A DNA stretch of 64,000 nucleotides from an uncultured virus (IMG/VR IMGVR_UViG_2541047320_000011) (lineage: Duplodnaviria > Heunggongvirae > Uroviricota > Caudoviricetes), in IMG/VR virus record IMGVR_UViG_2541047320_000011, positions 62,001-126,000 of that record, one strand, 5' to 3'. The translations under genes and the position numbers were made by a program. Positions 51,476-60,619 of this stretch are shown here, one piece after another. The first letter of the stretch is position 1. Each line of letters opens with the position of its first letter. The notes beneath the pieces were generated by a model. It was not told the origin of the DNA. It was given only the letters and a program-made list of their open reading frames with translations, and did not search any database.

Positions 51476-53701
51476 ATGTTAAACGTAATTAAAAGAGATG
51501 GGAGAATAGTTCCCTTTGATGAAAACAAAATAATAGACGCAATAGAAAAAAGCTTTTTATCATTAAGGAATAAAGGAAAAAGTGAAGCATTTGATAGAGA
51601 ATTAGCAACGCTAATAGCTAAAAAAATAAAAAATAAACCATGTGAAAAAATGCATATAGAAGATATACAAGATATAATCGAATTTAGCTTAATGGCTAGT
51701 AAAAAGAAAGATGTCGCTAAAGAATATATAACATACAGAGAGAAAAGAAATATAGCAAGAGGAAGAAAAACTTATAATGATTATATGTCTATTGTAAATA
51801 CTGAAAGTAATGATATAACTAAAGAAAATGCAAATATGAATGCAGATACTCCAGCAGGTATGATGATGAAGTTTGCAAGTGAAGCTACTAAAACTTTTAC
51901 TGACCATGTACTTTTATCTGAAGAAGCAAAAGAAGCAATGATGGATAATTATATACATATACATGATAAAGACTATTATCCTACGAAATCATTAACTTGT
52001 ATCCAACATCCTTTAGATAAAATTTTTAATAATGGTTTTAGAGCGGGACATGGCTCTAGTAGACCTACTAAAAGAATAGAGACTTCAAGTATATTAGGAT
52101 GTATTAGTTTAGAGACTGTACAAAATGAAATGCATGGAGGACAGGCGATACCAGCTTTTGATTTTTATAATGCTCCGAGTGTAAGAAAAACATTTATAGA
52201 AGAAATAAAAAATATAGAAATAAAGGATGATATTGATTTATCTCATTTATACAATATAGAAATAGAGGATTATATAATTAAGGACTTAAAAGAATTAGAC
52301 AGCGAAAAAAGAAATGTTCAACATGCTATAAACAGAACTGTATGGAGAGTTCATCAATCAATGGAGTCATTTATACATAATATGAACACAATTCATTCAA
52401 GGGGTGGAAATCAGGTCGTGTTTAGTTCTATAAATTATGGTACAGATACTTCAGCAGAAGGTAGATGTATAATAAGAGAAATACTAAAATCTACTTATGA
52501 AGGAGTCGGAAATGGAGAAACACCAATTTTCCCAATTCAAATCTGGAAAGTGAAAGAAGGTGTGAACTATAATCCTACTGATAGAAATTATGACTTATAT
52601 GAATTAGCATGTAAAGTATCAGCTAAAAGATTTTTCCCTAATTTTTTAAATTTAGATGCAACCTTCAATAAGCATGTAAAATGGAAAATGTGTGACCCAA
52701 ACAGATATATTTATGAAGTAGCAACAATGGGGTGTCGTACAAGGGTATTTGAAGATTTGCATGGAGAAAAAACAAGTATAGGAAGAGGAAATCTATCTTT
52801 TACGACTCTTAATTTAGTAAAAATGGCATTAGAGGCTAAAGAAAAATATCCAAATAATGAAGCTAATAGAGTTGCAGAGTTTATTTTTCTTCTTGATAAA
52901 TATTCAGATGTAGTAGCAAGACAATTATATGATAGATACTTATTTCAATGTACTGCTAAAGCAAAACAGTTTCCACTATTAATGAGTGGGTTATGGAAAA
53001 ACTCAGAAAATTTAAATCCAAATGATGATGTAAGCGAAGTTTTAAAGCATGGAACACTTGGGGTAGGATTTATAGGTCTAGCAGAATGTTTAATAGCTCT
53101 TATAGGTGAACATCATGGTGAAAGCGAAAAGGCACAAAAATTAGGTTTAGAAATCATATCATTTTTAAAGTCTAAAGTAGAAAAATATAAAAAGAAATAT
53201 AACCTCAATTATTCTGTATTAGGCACACCCGCAGAAGGTCTTTCTGGAAAATTTACTCAAAAAGATAAAAAAATATTTGGAGAAATAAAAAATATTACAG
53301 ACAAAGATTATTATACTAATAGTTCTCATGTTCCAGTTTGGTATAACTGCAATGTTGAACATAAAGCGAAAATAGAAGCATCTTACCATGAATTAGAAGG
53401 TGGTGGCCACATATTTTATGTTGAATTAGATGGGGATGCAACACATAATCCTAAAGCTATAATGAAGGTTGTGGATTTAATAAAAAAATACAATATGGGT
53501 TATGGTTCTGTAAACCATACAAGAAGCAGATGTCTTAATTGTGGTTTTGAAAATGCAGATTCAGAGTTAAAAGAATGCCCAAAATGTGGAAGTCATAACA
53601 TAAATATTATACAAAGAATTACAGGATATCTAGTTGGAACTACGGATAGCTGGAATAATGCAAAATTAGCTGAGTTAAAGGATAGAGTCACACATGGATA
53701 A
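51476..53701 (+). CDS. nrdD: Anaerobic ribonucleoside-triphosphate reductase
   Basis: ATP cone VIKRDG, MGCRT, TPAEG, YYTNS, CxxC..CPKCGS, RITGYL. Confidence 0.97.
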   Translation: MLNVIKRDGRIVPFDENKIIDAIEKSFLSLRNKGKSEAFDRELATLIAKKIKNKPCEKMHIEDIQDIIEFSLMASKKKDVAKEYITYREKRNIARGRKTYNDYMSIVNTESNDITKENANMNADTPAGMMMKFASEATKTFTDHVLLSEEAKEAMMDNYIHIHDKDYYPTKSLTCIQHPLDKIFNNGFRAGHGSSRPTKRIETSSILGCISLETVQNEMHGGQAIPAFDFYNAPSVRKTFIEEIKNIEIKDDIDLSHLYNIEIEDYIIKDLKELDSEKRNVQHAINRTVWRVHQSMESFIHNMNTIHSRGGNQVVFSSINYGTDTSAEGRCIIREILKSTYEGVGNGETPIFPIQIWKVKEGVNYNPTDRNYDLYELACKVSAKRFFPNFLNLDATFNKHVKWKMCDPNRYIYEVATMGCRTRVFEDLHGEKTSIGRGNLSFTTLNLVKMALEAKEKYPNNEANRVAEFIFLLDKYSDVVARQLYDRYLFQCTAKAKQFPLLMSGLWKNSENLNPNDDVSEVLKHGTLGVGFIGLAECLIALIGEHHGESEKAQKLGLEIISFLKSKVEKYKKKYNLNYSVLGTPAEGLSGKFTQKDKKIFGEIKNITDKDYYTNSSHVPVWYNCNVEHKAKIEASYHELEGGGHIFYVELDGDATHNPKAIMKVVDLIKKYNMGYGSVNHTRSRCLNCGFENADSELKECPKCGSHNINIIQRITGYLVGTTDSWNNAKLAELKDRVTHG

Positions 53702-54194
53702 AGACTATATTTATATTTTAGATATAAAACATGACACAATTGTTGATGGAGAAGGGTTTAGAACATCTATTTATTGTTCTGGATGTAATCATATGTGTAG
53801 AGGCTGCCACAATCCTCAATCTTGGGATATAAAAAATGGAACTTTAACTAAAGTATTAGATATTTATAAGGAAATCATTTCAAATAAATTTTCAGATGTA
53901 ACATTTTCAGGAGGAGACCCACTTCTACAACTGCAAGGATTTGTTCATTTAGCTAAATTAATTAAAAAGAATACAAACAAAACAATATGGTGTTATACAG
54001 GTTTTAAGTTTGAAGAACTCATAACAGACAATGAAAAGCTAGAATTGTTAAAATTAATAGATGTTCTTGTAGATGGAAAATTTGAAGAAGATAAAAAATC
54101 TTTAGAGTTAATTTTTAAAGGTTCATCAAATCAAAGGATAATTGATGTTCAACAATCATTAAATAAAAAACAAGTAATACTATATATGAATTAA
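53694..54194 (+). CDS. nrdG: Anaerobic RNR activating protein
   Basis: DGEGFR, CNHMCRGCHN radical-SAM motif, GSSNQR. Confidence 0.96.
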   Translation: MDKDYIYILDIKHDTIVDGEGFRTSIYCSGCNHMCRGCHNPQSWDIKNGTLTKVLDIYKEIISNKFSDVTFSGGDPLLQLQGFVHLAKLIKKNTNKTIWCYTGFKFEELITDNEKLELLKLIDVLVDGKFEEDKKSLELIFKGSSNQRIIDVQQSLNKKQVILYMN

Positions 54195-54215
54195 GAAGGG
54201 AAATTTCCCTTCTTA
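54192..54215. terminator. Palindromic hairpin
   Basis: TAAGAAGGGAAATTTCCCTTCTTA. Confidence 0.55.
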
Positions 54216-54273
54216 GGAGGTGATTTTTGACTAAAGAAGAATTTATGAAATAAAATATGTGTTTTAATATGAA

Positions 54274-54822
54274 TTGGAGGTAAAATTTATGTTGAATTTA
54301 TTAATAAAAGATATACATGGTGGAGATACGATATATTGTATAAAAGATATTGAATGTTATAAAAAAGGAGAATTTTATACAGTAGGTACTGGAGAATATA
54401 TAAGTCAATTTTATAAAATGAGAGGTGGGACTACAATAGGGTATTGTTTCATTCGTGTGCCAACTGAAGATGAGCTAGAAAATGAATTTATTCAATTGAA
54501 GTTTTTAAAAGATGATTTATCTAAAGATAATATTGCAGAAATAAATTGTAAAAATTTTCAAGAATTTAAAGATAAGATAGCATCTTGTGATTCAATATGT
54601 TTTTTACATAATAAAGATTTCAATTTTAGTGATTTGGATGATAATTTCATGAAAGATGTAATAATAGAATTTGGAGAAATAATAGATTGGGGAAGAAGAG
54701 TAAATCAATTGATTAATTTCACTAATTTATATATTAGGTCAGAAGATAAGCTTAAATCAATGACTAAAGAAGAAATAGAAGATGAATTAGGATATAAAAT
54801 TAAAATAGCTTCTAAACAATAA
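54274..54822 (+). CDS. Hypothetical protein (start probably ATG 54289)
   Basis: C-terminal MTKEEIEDELGYKIKI. Confidence 0.7.
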   Translation: MEVKFMLNLLIKDIHGGDTIYCIKDIECYKKGEFYTVGTGEYISQFYKMRGGTTIGYCFIRVPTEDELENEFIQLKFLKDDLSKDNIAEINCKNFQEFKDKIASCDSICFLHNKDFNFSDLDDNFMKDVIIEFGEIIDWGRRVNQLINFTNLYIRSEDKLKSMTKEEIEDELGYKIKIASKQ

Positions 54823-54839
54823 AGCGAGGTGATATTATA

Positions 54840-55646
54840 TTGAATATCTTCAATAAAAAATATGGTAGAAATGTAAAAATAACAGAGGCAGAACCTCCTT
54901 CTCCTCCTCCCAAACAACCAAACTTCGATATGGATAATATACAATATGATAAAGAAATGAAAAGAAAGCTATTAGAAATGGAAAAAATAAAAATAGACTC
55001 AGAAATGAAAAAAAATAGTGAAGAATGGATTTGGATTGAAGGATATAAGGGTACAGATAGAGATATGAAATGTAGAAACTTTCAGTATGAACTAAATAAA
55101 ACTTATAGTGTTGAAGAAATACATAGAGGAAATATAAATATATATGACTATGGATTCCATTTGTGTTTAGATTTAAAAGATGTTTTCAGATGTTATAATT
55201 TAAATTTAAGTAATAGATTTTTCAAAGTAAAAGCCTTAGTTAGAAGAGAGGATAAATATAAGTATGAGATGGAACAATCTTTTTCATCAATACGTCCAGG
55301 AGCAAAATATAGCATAGGTGCTAAAGAAATAATACTTTTTAGAGAATTAACTTTTGAAGAATTAAAACAAGATATCCAAGACAAGTTTCCTAAAATAAAC
55401 AATGAACTGGAATGGAATCTTATCAAAAAATTAGGTATTTATAAATATTACAATAAAATATTTATAAATAAAATGAAAGAAATTGGTTATTCAGATATTT
55501 TTTCACAGGTTTTATTTGATGAATATCATCCGTTAATAAATCCACATAGAACTATGAATATACTTGACAAGGCAATTGCATATTCAAAAGAAAATTTATC
55601 TAAAGATATGATAATATATTTGCTTATGAAAGATATAAGAAAGTAA
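54840..55646 (+). CDS. Phage hypothetical protein
   Basis: GYKGTDRDMKCRNFQYE...GFHLC. Confidence 0.75.
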   Translation: MNIFNKKYGRNVKITEAEPPSPPPKQPNFDMDNIQYDKEMKRKLLEMEKIKIDSEMKKNSEEWIWIEGYKGTDRDMKCRNFQYELNKTYSVEEIHRGNINIYDYGFHLCLDLKDVFRCYNLNLSNRFFKVKALVRREDKYKYEMEQSFSSIRPGAKYSIGAKEIILFRELTFEELKQDIQDKFPKINNELEWNLIKKLGIYKYYNKIFINKMKEIGYSDIFSQVLFDEYHPLINPHRTMNILDKAIAYSKENLSKDMIIYLLMKDIRK

Positions 55647-55669
55647 CATCTTAAAAGAATGGAGATAAT

Positions 55670-56113
55670 ATGGACAAAATAAATAAGATAGATTTGATTA
55701 AGTTAAAAGAAATGAACATATATGATAATTATCAATTAAAAAAAATAGCAAGTAAAATGATATTACATCTAAGATATGAAATAATGGATTTTTGTGGTTG
55801 TGGTTCTCCTGATGATATATCTTTTATGATAAAAGGAGTACTGACTGCAATACAAAATAAAGAGAAAAATTGTAATTTAGAATACACAGAAAGATGTTAC
55901 ATATTTGAAATAGAGTTTAATAATGTTTGTGGAATAATTGGTAGTAAAAATAATTTGATACAAGAATTTATATTAAATGCTTTAAATTCATATGGGTTGT
56001 TAGAACATGGTAGTAGTATTTGGGGGTCATGGCTATCTGATTATGGTAAACAAATATTATGTGCTTTTGAAATAGTTGGTGACTGTATTTTAGATGTTAG
56101 CTATTTAGATTAA
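55670..56113 (+). CDS. Hypothetical protein
   Basis: FCGCGSP...LEHGSSIWGSWL. Confidence 0.7.
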   Translation: MDKINKIDLIKLKEMNIYDNYQLKKIASKMILHLRYEIMDFCGCGSPDDISFMIKGVLTAIQNKEKNCNLEYTERCYIFEIEFNNVCGIIGSKNNLIQEFILNALNSYGLLEHGSSIWGSWLSDYGKQILCAFEIVGDCILDVSYLD

Positions 56114-56142
56114 AAAGTTAGTTTTAATAGGAGGTGGTAATT

Positions 56143-56799
56143 ATTAAATATGTAATGAGTGACCTACATGGTATGTATGATAAATTCATTTCAATGTTAG
56201 AGAAAATCAATTTCAATTCAAATGACCATTTATATATTTTAGGAGATGTATTAGATAGAGGGGATAAATCTTTAGAGATTATAGATTATATAAGAAAGTA
56301 TAAGAATATAACTCTTCTAAAAGGTAATCATGAGTTAATGTTTCAAGAAAGTTATACAGATGTAAATAGTAGTTTTCTTTGGTTTTATAATGGAGGTAAA
56401 GATACATTTTATGATTTAGGAATGAAGTCTTATGAATATAAAGAAAATTTTTATAAATATATTAAGAACCTTCCATATTTAGAGATAATAGATAATTTTA
56501 TATTAGTTCATGCTGGACTATACCTTCCAAATAACTATGAAAATCTCAGTATAGAGCAAATAATTGAGTTACAAGAAGAAGATATTTGTGTGTGGGATAG
56601 AGCAATATTAAATACTAATAAACATATAAAAGGATACACAATTATTATTGGTCATACACCAACTCAAAACATTAAAGATTATGAAAAGGCTGAAATATAT
56701 AAACAAGAAGGAATTATAGATATAGACTGTGGAGCATGTTTTGATAATGGTAAGTTAGCTTGTTTAAGATTAGATGATATGAAAGAATTTTATATTTAG
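56143..56799 (+). CDS. Metallophosphoesterase (phage Ser/Thr phosphatase-like); probable ATT start
   Basis: SDLHG, GDVLDRG, GNHE, VHAG, GHTP, IDCGA. Confidence 0.92.
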   Translation: MKYVMSDLHGMYDKFISMLEKINFNSNDHLYILGDVLDRGDKSLEIIDYIRKYKNITLLKGNHELMFQESYTDVNSSFLWFYNGGKDTFYDLGMKSYEYKENFYKYIKNLPYLEIIDNFILVHAGLYLPNNYENLSIEQIIELQEEDICVWDRAILNTNKHIKGYTIIIGHTPTQNIKDYEKAEIYKQEGIIDIDCGACFDNGKLACLRLDDMKEFYI

Positions 56800-56808
56800 G
56801 AGGTATAT

Positions 56809-57063
56809 ATGATACAAGAAGTCAGACAAGAAATGCAATTAAAAAATGGTTTAGTTTTATATACAGGAGATATTATAAATGTAAAATATAAAACTATAGA
56901 AGATATAAAAGAACAATTTTGTAAGGGAAGATTAAAAAATGTAGATGAGCAATTTATACAACTAGATACAAGTGAAAAATATAATGCAACAGAAAAAACA
57001 ATCTATGCATGGGATTTAATAGATATAAAAAAGGTGAGTGATGAAAATGAAAAAAATAATTAA
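56809..57063 (+). CDS. Hypothetical protein
   Basis: AGGAGG SD. Confidence 0.65.
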   Translation: MIQEVRQEMQLKNGLVLYTGDIINVKYKTIEDIKEQFCKGRLKNVDEQFIQLDTSEKYNATEKTIYAWDLIDIKKVSDENEKNN

Positions 57064-57382
57064 TAGTAAATATAGAGCCTTGTATTTGATAATATTTTTT
57101 CTAATATTTAATTTTGGATATAGTTTATATTTTGGAAGAAATACTGAAATTGGATTCTATTCTAATCCATCCTGTGTGGAAGAATATATATTAGATATTA
57201 TAGTATTGATAGGAATATTCTTCTCAGTCATGTTAGCTAGTTTTGATATTACAAATAATTTTATTAATAATTTTAATAAAACAACAGCAGAAGAAAGTAT
57301 TGAAATAAATGCTACAATTTCTAAAGAATTATATAAAGAAATTAAAGATGAAATAATGAAAGAAAATAGCATTAAAAATTAA
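57038..57382 (+). CDS. Two-TM membrane protein
   Basis: Two hydrophobic segments. Confidence 0.65.
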   Translation: MMKMKKIINSKYRALYLIIFFLIFNFGYSLYFGRNTEIGFYSNPSCVEEYILDIIVLIGIFFSVMLASFDITNNFINNFNKTTAEESIEINATISKELYKEIKDEIMKENSIKN

Positions 57383-57538
57383 TTAAAACAGCTAGATTTC
57401 AACGATGAGAGTGTTTGGTGCAAAAATGATGACAAAAGTAATCTGTAAAGAAAAGATTATAACACAAGGAAAACAAGGGTTTTAGAAAATCTAAATCACA
57501 ATAAAATGTGAATTTTAATAGGATTGGAGAGTGTTTAA

Positions 57539-58111
57539 ATGAATAAAATATTTGTATTTTTAGGATATTCAGGTTCAGGCAAAGACAGTATAGTAACAGA
57601 AATTTCAAAGCAATTCAATATTCCAATTCTAATATCACATACAACAAGACCTCCTCGTGGCCAATCAGAAATCATCAATAAAACCTATCATTTTGTAGAT
57701 AATAAATTCTTTAAAAAAGAAAAAAATAATTTTATAGAAATGAGAAAATATATAGTTCATGATGGCGGCACTTGGCTATATGGTATACATAAATCTGAAT
57801 TAGAGAATAAAAGATATGCTTTGGCTATAGTAGATGCAAGTGGATATAAGGCGTTAGAAAAATATTTTATAGGAACAAAAACTAAGTTAATACCATTTTT
57901 TATAAATACAGATGAAAATATATTGAGAAAGAGACTTATTAATAGGGGTGATAATCCTAAAGAAATTGAGAGAAGATTAAAAGATGATAAGCTTAAGTTT
58001 AAAGATTTCCTAAATAATGAAAATTATATTGCAATACCAAATAACACTAATCTAATTAATGCAGTAGAGCAAGTTAAAATACATATGAAAGAAGGGATTA
58101 AATGGTATTAG
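57539..58111 (+). CDS. gmk: Guanylate kinase-like
   Basis: GYSGSGKD, ISHTTRPPR, YHFV, RLINRGD. Confidence 0.9.
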   Translation: MNKIFVFLGYSGSGKDSIVTEISKQFNIPILISHTTRPPRGQSEIINKTYHFVDNKFFKKEKNNFIEMRKYIVHDGGTWLYGIHKSELENKRYALAIVDASGYKALEKYFIGTKTKLIPFFINTDENILRKRLINRGDNPKEIERRLKDDKLKFKDFLNNENYIAIPNNTNLINAVEQVKIHMKEGIKWY

Positions 58112-58596
58112 CCTTAGATGTATCGCTATCTTCAACTGGATGGGCAATTATAAATAGTAATAAAGAAATATTAGAATATGGAAAAATAGTAACTAAAAAG
58201 GAAAACTTCGATACTGAAGATGAGAGAATGTGCTATATCTGTAATACAATTCAAGAGATAATTACAACTCATAATATTCAAATAGTTTTAGTTGAAGACC
58301 AATTCACTTCAAGAAATTCTAAAACAATTCTTAGTTTAAGAAAACTCTTAGGAGCAATAATGAGAACTGTTAAATTAAATAATATAGAAATTGAATATAT
58401 GTATCCAGTTTCTATTAGAAAATATCTTATGAATAGTGGTAAAGTAAAAAAAGAAGAAGTAGCTATTTATGTAAGAGAAAATATTATTGATATTGGAGAG
58501 TACATTGATAGGACTTGTAAGGCTAAAACAAGTGATATATATGATGCTATAGCACTTGGGATAGCTTATTTAAACAAACTTAATACTAATAAATAA
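58102..58596 (+). CDS. ruvC: RuvC-like Holliday junction resolvase
   Basis: LALDVSLSSTGWA, VLVED, DIYDAIALG. Confidence 0.82.
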   Translation: MVLALDVSLSSTGWAIINSNKEILEYGKIVTKKENFDTEDERMCYICNTIQEIITTHNIQIVLVEDQFTSRNSKTILSLRKLLGAIMRTVKLNNIEIEYMYPVSIRKYLMNSGKVKKEEVAIYVRENIIDIGEYIDRTCKAKTSDIYDAIALGIAYLNKLNTNK

Positions 58597-58619
58597 TTTT
58601 AAAAAGGGAGATTAAATTA

Positions 58620-59126
58620 ATGAGTATAAATATTAAAGTAAAAAAATTAAACCAAGATGCAATAGTACCATCTTATGCAAAAGAAGGTGATAGTGGGATA
58701 GATTTATATACACTGAAAGATACAGTAATTCCAGCTAAGTCAACAGTAGCAATACCTACAGGTATAGCATTAGAAATTCCATATGGATATGAAATGCAAG
58801 TCAGACCTAGAAGTGGTATAAGCTTAAAAGGAATGTTATTTACAAGAGATGCGACTGTATGTGATAAAGAGCAACTTAAAAAACAAATTAGAAAAGCTTT
58901 TGTAGTACATCCAACTGTGCGACTAGGTACGATAGATTCGGGATATCGAGGTGAAATTAAAATAATTACATATAATGAAGAGAATTTTGAGATTCTAATT
59001 TCTAAGAACACTAAATTAGCTCAAGGTGTATTTCAACAAGTTCCAAGAGCTATATTAAAAGTTGTAGATGAATTGACTAGCTCTGAAAGAGGTAATAGTG
59101 GTTTTGGAAGTACTGGTATAAAATAA
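58620..59126 (+). CDS. dut: Trimeric dUTPase
   Basis: SGIDL, RPRSG, GTIDSGYRGEI, LAQ, RGNSGFGSTG. Confidence 0.96.
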   Translation: MSINIKVKKLNQDAIVPSYAKEGDSGIDLYTLKDTVIPAKSTVAIPTGIALEIPYGYEMQVRPRSGISLKGMLFTRDATVCDKEQLKKQIRKAFVVHPTVRLGTIDSGYRGEIKIITYNEENFEILISKNTKLAQGVFQQVPRAILKVVDELTSSERGNSGFGSTGIK

Positions 59127-59572
59127 TGCCTAAATATATAATCCTAGAAAAATACAATTATTACTATGATGACAAGTGTCATACTTTATATCATTTAGAA
59201 AATATCTATACAGGATTAAGATTTTCTATTGAAAAAAATGAATTAGAGTACTATAATATATCCTAGACTAACTTTGGGAGGAGTATTAAATGTACAGATA
59301 TGATGATTATGTAAATTTAATAAATGACTTAGAGTTACCAGAAGAAATTAGGAATAAATGTGTTAGAGTTGTAATGACATTGGAAAATATGCAAGATATT
59401 ATGGTTGTTCATAAATTTAAAACGTATGTTGTTAATGAAAAATACATTGAAAAAGTAGCATAAAACTGATTAAGTCATCTATTAATTTAGGTGGCTTTTT
59501 TATTTATGTCGAATATTTCATCTACTTCATATTGTATTAGACGCTATAATTAAAATATATGTCGAAAGGTAG

Positions 59573-60331
59573 ATGGTGAGGATGTTTAAGGAGATATTTG
59601 AAAAGGTATTTATGTCAGAAGAGATTAGTAAAACTGTAAAAGAAGTTAATAATATTATTAAGGATACTAAGATACAAGTAAAAGGTGGATTTGGAGAACT
59701 TAGATTAGATTTTATACTTAGCAGATTAGGCAAAGATTACATAATAATTAAAGACATTATTGTACCAGGCTCAAATAAGACTACACAAATTGATAGTATT
59801 GTGATTTCTATGTATGGAATATTTGTTATAGAATGTAAAAATTTTAGTGGATATATTTACGGAAATGATAAAGATAAAGTATGGACTCAAATTGTAGGAA
59901 AAACTAAAAGTACATTCTATAATCCGGTAAGACAAAATTATGCTCATATTAAAGCAATAGAAAATATAATAGGAAATAAATATAATATATATTCAATAAT
60001 TGTTTTTTCAGACAAAGCTACACTAAAAAATGTAATGATAAGTGGAAATAATATTAGAGTTATAAATGAAAGTGAAATATTAAGTACAATAAGTAAATGC
60101 AAAGATGTGACTATTGATAAAGAAGAAATAAAAATTATCAGAGATAAAATTTTTGATTGTATGAAAACCACTAATCAAAATACTAGAGAGCATGTTAGAA
60201 ATTTAAAAAATATTACTGAAGAGGATAAATGTCCTAGATGTCAAATTGGACATTTGATTAAAAGAAAAGGTCAGTATGGTGAATTTTGGGGATGTAGTCA
60301 ATATCCAAAATGTAAATATACTAGAAAATAA
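59573..60331 (+). CDS. NERD nuclease-domain protein with topoisomerase-type Zn ribbon
   Basis: KGGFGE, TQIDSI, VIECKN, NPVRQN; CPRC...FWGCSQYPKC. Confidence 0.9.
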   Translation: MVRMFKEIFEKVFMSEEISKTVKEVNNIIKDTKIQVKGGFGELRLDFILSRLGKDYIIIKDIIVPGSNKTTQIDSIVISMYGIFVIECKNFSGYIYGNDKDKVWTQIVGKTKSTFYNPVRQNYAHIKAIENIIGNKYNIYSIIVFSDKATLKNVMISGNNIRVINESEILSTISKCKDVTIDKEEIKIIRDKIFDCMKTTNQNTREHVRNLKNITEEDKCPRCQIGHLIKRKGQYGEFWGCSQYPKCKYTRK

Positions 60332-60335
60332 AAAA

Positions 60336-60394
60336 CAACCTCTTAAATTCGATTTTAAGGCTTTGTAAAAATTAATACTTATAATTAATCCTAT
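60336..60394 (-). repeat. 59-bp dispersed element upstream of the integrase
   Basis: 60356-60373 is the exact 18-bp inverse of 61792-61809. Confidence 0.7.
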
Positions 60395-60619
60395 TCAGAA
60401 ATTTGATTGCTTAAAACGCAAAATATAAAAAAATAATAAATTACTAGTATAAGACATAGAATTGTGTATTCTATGTCTTATTTCTTTATAATTAAGTAAT
60501 TTCAATAATTATATAAATAAAAGAATTAAAAAAGTCAGTTGAAAGTCAGCTAAAATGACTATTTTTTGCCTCCTCTGTATGGTATAATAAGTATATGAAT
60601 TTTCATAGGAGGGATAACC

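Noticed and set aside
46275..53701. Inteins or introns in dnaE and nrdD
   Set aside because: Both ORFs are continuous and of ordinary length, with no splice motifs noticed
3804..57518. Recurrent motifs read as a CRISPR array or classical integron attC sites
   Set aside because: Not regularly spaced 25-40-bp repeats; no GTTRRRY/RYYYAAC boxes or long attC hairpins seen; no cas genes or IntI signature recognised
3804..57518. TAAAA-N6-TTTTA as simple intrinsic terminators
   Set aside because: An all-AU 5-6-bp stem is very weak, and a terminator would not need a fixed 6-nt loop
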